From an uncultured Chryseobacterium sp. (GTDB lineage Bacteria; Bacteroidota; Bacteroidia; UBA10329): a DNA stretch of 64,000 bases. This document shows positions 40,929 through 47,550 of this stretch, piece by piece (position 1 is the stretch's first letter; every line of letters begins with the position of its first letter). The stretch lies in NCBI GenBank assembly GCA_964457245.1, contig CAYWET010000009.1, positions 25,284 to 89,283 of the forward strand, in the 5' to 3' direction. A program made the translations under genes and the position numbers. The notes beneath the pieces were generated by a model, which saw nothing but the letters and a program-made list of their open reading frames with translations, had not been told where the DNA came from and searched no databases.

Positions 40929-41710
40929 TGAAACCCGGTCAGAGATTATGGACACGAGAAGAGTTGATACTTGCTGTCAACCTGTATTCAAAACTCCCTT
41001 TTGGGAAGTTCCATAAGAGCAATCCTGAAGTAAAGAAGTTGGCGGATCTGATTGGAAGAACGCCTTCATCTGTTGGTTTTAAACTTGGGAATTTGGCAAG
41101 CTTTGACCCGATGCTTCAAGCAAGGGGCATTAAAGGTGCGAGTAACGCCAGCAAGCTTGACCGCGAGATATGGGATGAGTTTTACGGCAACATTGACTCG
41201 CTGGCATTTGAAAGTGAGTTGCTTCGCGCAAAGAAGGAGTTACGTTCGCCTGATTCCATTTTAGAGAACGAACCTGATTTGAATGAAATTCTTGCTAAGA
41301 AAGGGAAGGAGAGAGAAGCACTGGTCAAGGTGAGGGTGAATCAGAATTTCTTCAGGCAAATGGTGCTTGCTGCATATGACAGCACATGCTGCATCACGGG
41401 TTTGCAGCAGGAGGAATTTCTAGTGGCGGGTCATATTAAGAGATGGGCCGATGATGAAAAGAACCGAATGAATCCGCACAATGGAATTGCCATTAACGCA
41501 CTTCATGACAAAGCTTTTGAGAAAGGCTATATCACAATAACCCCTGACTACTTAATCAAGGTTTCTTCCAAATTGAAAAAGAAGGCGGCTTCGGAAAAGG
41601 TAGAAGAGCTTTTCCTTCAATATGATGGGAAACCGATTCATGAGCCGAAGAAGTTTTGGCCTGAACCAGAGTTTTTGAAATATCATAACGATAGCATCTT
41701 CTTGAACTAG
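40928..41710 (+). CDS. HNH endonuclease (HNH_2 / restriction-type) with N-terminal helical domain
   Basis: 260 aa; CCITG...AGHIKRW...NPHNGIAINALHDKAFEKGYITI matches HNH_2 nuclease signature; start ATG overlaps stop of UDG-like gene. Confidence 0.8.
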   Translation: MKPGQRLWTREELILAVNLYSKLPFGKFHKSNPEVKKLADLIGRTPSSVGFKLGNLASFDPMLQARGIKGASNASKLDREIWDEFYGNIDSLAFESELLRAKKELRSPDSILENEPDLNEILAKKGKEREALVKVRVNQNFFRQMVLAAYDSTCCITGLQQEEFLVAGHIKRWADDEKNRMNPHNGIAINALHDKAFEKGYITITPDYLIKVSSKLKKKAASEKVEELFLQYDGKPIHEPKKFWPEPEFLKYHNDSIFLN

Positions 41711-41715
41711 TTAGT

Positions 41716-41937
41716 ATGATGAAATTGTCGAACAAGAGTGTGCCGAAACTTTATGCCATTTACAAGAATGGCAATCATTTGGGTAATGAAAGAGGTGCAA
41801 CACCACAGGATGCGATTGAAAATTATGTCAAGGCAGCGTTACTTGGTGAGTTCTTAATTGATAAAGAATTCATGCAATTGTATTCAGCAAAGGTTGCAAA
41901 GCCTGGAAAGCATTTTATTGCAAGCACTTTGCGCTGA
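41716..41937 (+). CDS. small hypothetical protein (last ORF of operon)
   Basis: 73 aa; begins 6 nt after HNH stop; no motif; could be spurious. Confidence 0.35.
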   Translation: MMKLSNKSVPKLYAIYKNGNHLGNERGATPQDAIENYVKAALLGEFLIDKEFMQLYSAKVAKPGKHFIASTLR

Positions 41938-42023
41938 GAGATTCCGTAACGAGTTCAGTGTGACGAGTAGAATGGGGTTCTGAATTATGATATGGAGGAA
42001 GGGTTTTGGTTTGTGGTGGCGGC

Positions 42024-42069
42024 CGTCCTTCGATACGATTCTTCCTTTGTCAGAATCACTCAGGATGAC
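42024..42069. repeat. 46-nt structured repeat element copy A (conserved arms cgtccttcgatac / aatcactcaggatgac around a hairpin)
   Basis: Arms identical to copy B; central hairpin gattct...agaatc differs from copy B hairpin atttcgat...atcgaaat, so base-pairing is preserved with different sequence. Confidence 0.55.
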
Positions 42070-42319
42070 CTTTGCGGAGGTGGATGGTTGATTCAATGGT
42101 GATGTCGAGAGACAATTTATTCGAATTTGATACTGCGTTTGTTTGTTAACTGAGAAATTGAAACGACAATTGTGAGATTCTTTGGTTTTGTGAGCGAAAA
42201 GCATTGTGGACATTGCACCCTAAATAATCCATGAGGATGCAGTGACCTAGAAGGCTTACGCCTTTCTTGAATCGCTTTCTTCATCAACAGTTTGTTAAAT
42301 TGCGCCAAATTCAACCCCT

Positions 42320-43729
42320 ATGAAATCGCTTATCTCCTTCGTTGCGGCTTTGCTGCTTACTGGTGTTTCTTTTCAGTCCTTTGCTCAAGGATGTTCTCCT
42401 AACCCTGTTTTTGCCAACTCAGGTGTTGGTGTTTACCCGTCTGGTATTCAGATGGATTGCAGTGGCACCAACGCCAGTGCAACCGTTATCGGGTTGACGG
42501 ATACCACGCTGGGTGGTCTTTCTACTGCCTATTTTGATGCCATGCGCGTTCTTGCTGTAGAGGGGCTTCCTGCTGGGCTTGTTGTAGAAACAGATGTGAT
42601 GAACAGTGCCACCGCAGGTTCTCCGTTTGGAGTGTGGGCTTACTCTGGTTCGCAACCCGTGTTCGACCCTTCTGTTGGATGTCTGAATATTTCCGGTACG
42701 GCTGTTGATTGGGCCGCGGCAGCTATCGGAGGTCCAAACAACGATGGTGTATTCCCATTGAAGATTATAGCAGATTATCGGATTGCATACACCGATCCCG
42801 ACATGACCCCGCTTGGGGTGACTAATGGAGAATGGCTTGTCAATACGGCTTTGTCGATTCCAGCTGACACGATTCAGGCCCACCTTTACGTAAACCAATC
42901 TTCTTGCGGGGCTACGCTTTTTGTTTCCACTCAGGTTACGGCCAATACCGATACAACGCAAGGTTGTGACGGTTCGGCAACGGTTGAGGTCTATAACGGC
43001 CAGCCGCCTTACACTTACTCATTCTCTAATGGAGTGGTAACTCCAACTGCTTCAGGACTTTGTCCGGGAACGTACACGGTAGATGTGGTAGATGCCAACG
43101 GAGAAGTGGGTACAGCGGCTTTTGCGGTGGGAGTTGCTTCTAATGTTTACTCCAATGTGAATCCGATTGGATTTCCTCCTGGATTGGACTCGATATTTGG
43201 TTCTTATCAAACCTGTGACCTAGACTATTCTCTTCCAATTGACTCGTTTATGGTCACCCAAGCTTTTACCGGTGGAACAGACACGCTACTTGTGGAGTGG
43301 GTTGTTTATCAGCTTGGTCAGCCATACACGCTTCTAAGCTTTTATCCTGCATTGGGGAATAATCAGGCAGTTGTATCGCTTACATTGTTCTGCGAGAATG
43401 GACGTTCGGAAGCAGGTGTTTTCCAGCTATACGATTACGTAGACCTAGATGCAACGGGTGTTGAGGAGCAAGCGCAGCAGTTGCAGTTCTCGGTTATGCC
43501 GAACCCAACAAGTGGTTTGCCTACGTTGCAATTAGATGCATTGGTGCAACAAGCTCGGGTTGATGTGTTCGACCCTACTGGTAAGCGGGTGCTATCACAG
43601 AACCTATCAGTAGCTGGGAACAATCAAATTGACCTTCAGCACCTCGCAGATGGGTTGTACACGCTTCGGGTTTCTACCCAGCATGGTTTTGGTGTGAAGC
43701 GGATTGTGAAAGCGGGTGGTGTGAGGTAG
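42320..43729 (+). CDS. T9SS sorting-domain cargo protein (paralogue A)
   Basis: 469 aa; signal peptide, C-terminal ...NPTSGLPTLQLDA...DGLYTLRVSTQHGFGVKRIVKA CTD. Confidence 0.85.
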   Translation: MKSLISFVAALLLTGVSFQSFAQGCSPNPVFANSGVGVYPSGIQMDCSGTNASATVIGLTDTTLGGLSTAYFDAMRVLAVEGLPAGLVVETDVMNSATAGSPFGVWAYSGSQPVFDPSVGCLNISGTAVDWAAAAIGGPNNDGVFPLKIIADYRIAYTDPDMTPLGVTNGEWLVNTALSIPADTIQAHLYVNQSSCGATLFVSTQVTANTDTTQGCDGSATVEVYNGQPPYTYSFSNGVVTPTASGLCPGTYTVDVVDANGEVGTAAFAVGVASNVYSNVNPIGFPPGLDSIFGSYQTCDLDYSLPIDSFMVTQAFTGGTDTLLVEWVVYQLGQPYTLLSFYPALGNNQAVVSLTLFCENGRSEAGVFQLYDYVDLDATGVEEQAQQLQFSVMPNPTSGLPTLQLDALVQQARVDVFDPTGKRVLSQNLSVAGNNQIDLQHLADGLYTLRVSTQHGFGVKRIVKAGGVR

Positions 43730-43778
43730 ATTATGTTCCATCCGGCCATTTTCCGACCTTGCGACAAATTCAACCCGT

Positions 43779-45209
43779 ATGATATACCTACTGCGTCTTA
43801 GTTGTGCCATTGCTATTCTATTTGTTTCGGCAAGTGCATTCGGTCAGTGTAACCCCGATCCCGCCTTTGCCTCATCGCCATTCGGTATTTATCCGGTAGG
43901 GCCAATGCAGATGGATTGCAGCGGAACCAACTCCAACGTAACTGTTGTTGGCCTTTCAGATACAATTATCGAAATTATACCCAACGGATCAAGCGCAACC
44001 GTGTATTTTGATGCCACCCGTGTTGATACGGTCATCGGGTTGCCCACAGGGCTTTCTGTTGAAACAGATGTAATGGACAGTGCCAATGCGGAGTCGCCTT
44101 ACGGCTTTTGGACCTACACTGGGGTCAACCCGAATTTTACACCAAGCATAGGATGTATGAATATCACGGGTTCAGCATCTGCTTGGAATACTGCTGCAAC
44201 AGGAGGTCCGAACAACGATGGAGAGTACCCGCTTACCATTACTATAGATAGAAGGGTTGCGTATTCAAATCCGGACATTGCGTTTATTGTTCCGAATGGT
44301 TCTTGGGTTTCGGTTACTGGCAATGCAGAGCTTAGCGCTGATACCGTAGAGGTGTTGCTTCGGGTAAATGAATCCGCATGTTCTGGAGACCTGTCTTTGG
44401 TCCCTGCGGTTACCGCAAGTGCTGATACCTCACAGGGCTGCACTGGGTCTGTAACGGTTGACGTGTATTACGGTCAACCACCATACACGTACCTGTTCTC
44501 TAATGGGACATCGGGCTCTTCTAGTGTTACAGGTCTTTGCCCGGGAGTTTATTCGGTACAGGTATCAGATGCCAATGGCGCATCAGGATATGCCGAGTTT
44601 GCAATAGGCATGGAGGCCAATGTTTATACGAATGTTCCTCCTGGTCCAGTTCCACTAGGAACGGACTCACTGTTCTTCACTTCAGGTAATTGCGATCTGG
44701 ACTATAACCTGCCAGTGGATTCGTTTTCGGTTGTTGATGCATTTGCCTTTGGTAATGATACAATTGCCGCCACATGGGTTATTTATCAGCTGGGTAACCC
44801 TTATACCGTGGTTTCATTTTATCCAGATGGGAACCCCCAGCCAACTGTATTGTCGTTAGTGGTTTTTTGTGAGAATGGCCGCGCTGCAACAGGTGTCTTT
44901 CAATTATTTGAATACGTTGACCTCTCTGTTGTAACAGGAATAAGCGATAACGTACATTCGATTGACTTCTCTGTTGTGCCGAACCCGTCCAATGGTCTAT
45001 TCCGCTTGGTTCTCGATAATAATGCTGGCTTAAATTCGGTCGATGTGTTTGACCCAACAGGCAAGTTAGTGCTAACGCAGAACCTGTCGATAGCTGGGAA
45101 CAATCAAATTGACCTTCAGCATCTCGCAGATGGCTTGTACACGCTTCGGGTTTCTTCCCAGAATGGTTTTGGCGTAAAGCGGATTGTGAAAGCTGGTGGG
45201 TTGAGGTAG
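43779..45209 (+). CDS. T9SS sorting-domain cargo protein (paralogue B)
   Basis: 476 aa; ~55-60% identical to paralogue A throughout, last ~120 nt nearly identical at DNA level. Confidence 0.85.
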   Translation: MIYLLRLSCAIAILFVSASAFGQCNPDPAFASSPFGIYPVGPMQMDCSGTNSNVTVVGLSDTIIEIIPNGSSATVYFDATRVDTVIGLPTGLSVETDVMDSANAESPYGFWTYTGVNPNFTPSIGCMNITGSASAWNTAATGGPNNDGEYPLTITIDRRVAYSNPDIAFIVPNGSWVSVTGNAELSADTVEVLLRVNESACSGDLSLVPAVTASADTSQGCTGSVTVDVYYGQPPYTYLFSNGTSGSSSVTGLCPGVYSVQVSDANGASGYAEFAIGMEANVYTNVPPGPVPLGTDSLFFTSGNCDLDYNLPVDSFSVVDAFAFGNDTIAATWVIYQLGNPYTVVSFYPDGNPQPTVLSLVVFCENGRAATGVFQLFEYVDLSVVTGISDNVHSIDFSVVPNPSNGLFRLVLDNNAGLNSVDVFDPTGKLVLTQNLSIAGNNQIDLQHLADGLYTLRVSSQNGFGVKRIVKAGGLR

Positions 45210-45344
45210 GCCGCGGCAGGCCTCCTTCTCTTATGCTGTAGGCTTTAGTTACGGCCCTTGGCCGTGAGCTCCCTCTGGTCGGTTCGACTCCGCTCAGCCT
45301 ACGGGCCACTTACTCCTCCGAGTTCAGGCCCTGTACCCTTCGTT

Positions 45345-45390
45345 CGTCCTTCGATACAATTTCGATTACATCGAAATCACTCAGGATGAC
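45345..45390. repeat. 46-nt structured repeat element copy B
   Basis: cgtccttcgatacaatttcgattacatcgaaatcactcaggatgac. Confidence 0.55.
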
Positions 45391-45445
45391 ACTCAGGGCA
45401 CAGCTTATTCCAGCGCTGTAGGCTTCGAGTGCCTCAGCCTACGGC

Positions 45446-46057
45446 TCACTCCTCAGAATCCTCCCCGTCTTCAGGGCCGGTTTCTTCCTCGAGTTCCTCT
45501 TCTTGGTCTTGCTCTTGTTCAATGGCCAGTTTCGGGAACTTGATCTCATCGCGTACCACAAACGCACCTGGCCATCGGTATTCCAGTTCGCGTTGGAGTT
45601 TAATGGCTTCCAGTTCTGTACGGTAATCGCCTACGCGCACTTTAAAGTTGGGCGCTTGGTAAATGAGATATGCCGGAACATTGGGGTTACGCGCCATGAA
45701 ATCTGCCCGTAACTGATTGGCCTCTTGCCGTGCGGTAGTTCCTGAGCCAGAGAAGAGTTGCAGTCGGTAGCCATTCAAGCCATCGCGCAGCGCATTGACC
45801 CGAATATGCCGCATTACCAAAGAGTCGATTCGTACATCGCGCTGTATGGTAAGTGTGGAATCGATGACATCATTGATGGTCTGTTGAGCATGGCTCTGTT
45901 GGAAGCTGAAGAGGAGGAGGAATGCGAGCGTGATGGATGTCAAGCTCACACACAAACCGTCATGCTGAACTCGTTTCAGCATCTCAAGCGGTATGGTCGT
46001 AGACCCTGAACTGAATTCAGGGTGACGGGTGCTAGACGTTGTGGTAATCCTTCTCAT
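45446..46057 (-). CDS. SPOR-domain (peptidoglycan-binding) protein with acidic C-terminal tail
   Basis: 203 aa; YRLQLFSGSG...RVGDYRTELEAIKLQRELE SPOR fold motifs; probable real start at Met 45982 giving a signal/TM segment. Confidence 0.75.
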   Translation of the reverse strand: MRRITTTSSTRHPEFSSGSTTIPLEMLKRVQHDGLCVSLTSITLAFLLLFSFQQSHAQQTINDVIDSTLTIQRDVRIDSLVMRHIRVNALRDGLNGYRLQLFSGSGTTARQEANQLRADFMARNPNVPAYLIYQAPNFKVRVGDYRTELEAIKLQRELEYRWPGAFVVRDEIKFPKLAIEQEQDQEEELEEETGPEDGEDSEE

Positions 46058-46127
46058 ATATATGCGGCAGCCAAGTAACTAAAAAAGGCGATTACGGAGG
46101 TATTACGCGAACATCATTCCGAAGTTA

Positions 46128-46144
46128 TTTAGAACGGTTCTAAA
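46128..46144. promoter_or_regulatory. perfect 17-bp palindrome tttagaacGgttctaaa upstream of actA (candidate operator)
   Basis: 8+1+8 dyad about 110-145 nt upstream of actA start candidates. Confidence 0.35.
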
Positions 46145-46251
46145 TTGTATGATTTTAGTAAAAATTAGATCGCCCTATGGTTCCGTTACTATTTTTGCAG
46201 CAGCCAAAAAATGGCCTTTGAGGGCCGTATAAAGTCAATAAAAACAAGGCT

Positions 46252-47514
46252 TTGGTAAAGGACAGAATATTAAAGAGAAGTAGCTCCATGAGACTGGCTT
46301 CAATTCTATTTTCTTCGCTCATTCTCCTCAGTAGTTTTGGGGCGTTTGCACAGGATGGCGAAAAGCTTTTCAAGCAAAATTGCTCTAGTTGTCACCGTAT
46401 AGATGGCCAAAAGGTTGTAGGGCCTGGTCTGGCGGGCATCGAAGACCGCGCACCATCCAGAGAGTGGATTGTGAAGTGGGTTCAGAACCCAGACGGTATG
46501 GTTGCCAGTGGCGATGAGTATGCAAACAGCATCAAGGATTTCAGTCCTACTGCCATGACTGCTTTCGGTTACTTGGAAGAGGCACAGATTTTTGCCATTC
46601 TTGATTACATCAAAAACCCTCCAGTAGAGGAGGTTCCTGCTGAAGTGGCTGATGCTGGTGCTGGCGATGCTGCTGGTTCAGGTTCTGGAAAATTGGATGA
46701 GAATGTTCTAAGAAACATCTTGATTGCCATTGCTGCCCTATTGGTGGTGTTGGTGATGATTTTGAGCAGTGTGCGCAAGTCGCTCACCGTTTTGGTTGAT
46801 GCCAAAACCGGTGAGACCACTATTGAGCGTGGAACTTGGGGTTCTATCGGTCATTGGATGAATACACACCGTGGTTGGACAGGTGTCATTCTTCTTGGAT
46901 GTACTCTTGCGTTCCTTCGTTGGGGAGTTGGTGAGTTGATGGATAACGTTGGTGTTTACCAAGGTTATAAGCCAGAGCAGCCAATTGCATTCTCGCACAA
47001 GATTCATGCTGGACAGAACGGTATCAACTGTGTTTACTGCCACACTAGCGCTGAGAAAGGAAAAACTGCTGGAATTCCATCATTGAACGTGTGTATGAAC
47101 TGTCATACTTACGTGCAGGAAGGGCCAAGTGGTAAAACTGAGATCGCTAAGATCTACGCGGCATTGGATTACGACCCGGTAAATCAGGTTTATGGAGATA
47201 ACCCTAAGCCAGTTGAATGGGTACGCGTTCATAACCTTCCAGACCTTGCTTACTTCAATCATTCACAGCACGTGGTGGTAGGTAAGATCGAGTGTCAGCA
47301 ATGTCATGGTGAGATTGAGGAGATGGGTGTTGCAGAGCAGCATTCTCCATTGACCATGGGATGGTGTGTGAACTGTCACCGTGAGACATCTGTACAGGTG
47401 GCCAATAACGAATACTACGAAGACCTACACGAAAGAACTCCAGACTGGCACAACGGTGAAGCTATCACGGTTGAGAAGATCGGAGGGCTGGAATGTGCGA
47501 AGTGTCATTATTAA
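46252..47514 (+). CDS. actA: alternative complex III subunit ActA (multihaem cytochrome c)
   Basis: 420 aa; six CxxCH motifs (CSSCH, CVYCH, CMNCH, CQQCH, CVNCH, CAKCH); probable start at Met 46288. Confidence 0.85.
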   Translation: MVKDRILKRSSSMRLASILFSSLILLSSFGAFAQDGEKLFKQNCSSCHRIDGQKVVGPGLAGIEDRAPSREWIVKWVQNPDGMVASGDEYANSIKDFSPTAMTAFGYLEEAQIFAILDYIKNPPVEEVPAEVADAGAGDAAGSGSGKLDENVLRNILIAIAALLVVLVMILSSVRKSLTVLVDAKTGETTIERGTWGSIGHWMNTHRGWTGVILLGCTLAFLRWGVGELMDNVGVYQGYKPEQPIAFSHKIHAGQNGINCVYCHTSAEKGKTAGIPSLNVCMNCHTYVQEGPSGKTEIAKIYAALDYDPVNQVYGDNPKPVEWVRVHNLPDLAYFNHSQHVVVGKIECQQCHGEIEEMGVAEQHSPLTMGWCVNCHRETSVQVANNEYYEDLHERTPDWHNGEAITVEKIGGLECAKCHY

Positions 47515-47550
47515 TAGAATCGAACTAAGATTTTTGGAAAAGCCTCTAAC

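Noticed and set aside
45256-45300. Possible tRNA gene (GGTTCGACTCC T-loop plus acceptor-like pairing)
   Set aside because: It cannot be folded into a full cloverleaf: it is too short (~65 nt), the T-stem has a mismatch, and no credible D or anticodon arms are present. I kept it only as a possible tRNA-derived remnant
44779-45309. 176-aa minus-strand ORF overlapping the end of T9SS paralogue B and the GC-rich intergenic block
   Set aside because: Arg/Ser/Gln-rich low-complexity translation, antisense to a well-supported gene and running through the structured repeat region; almost certainly a spurious ORF
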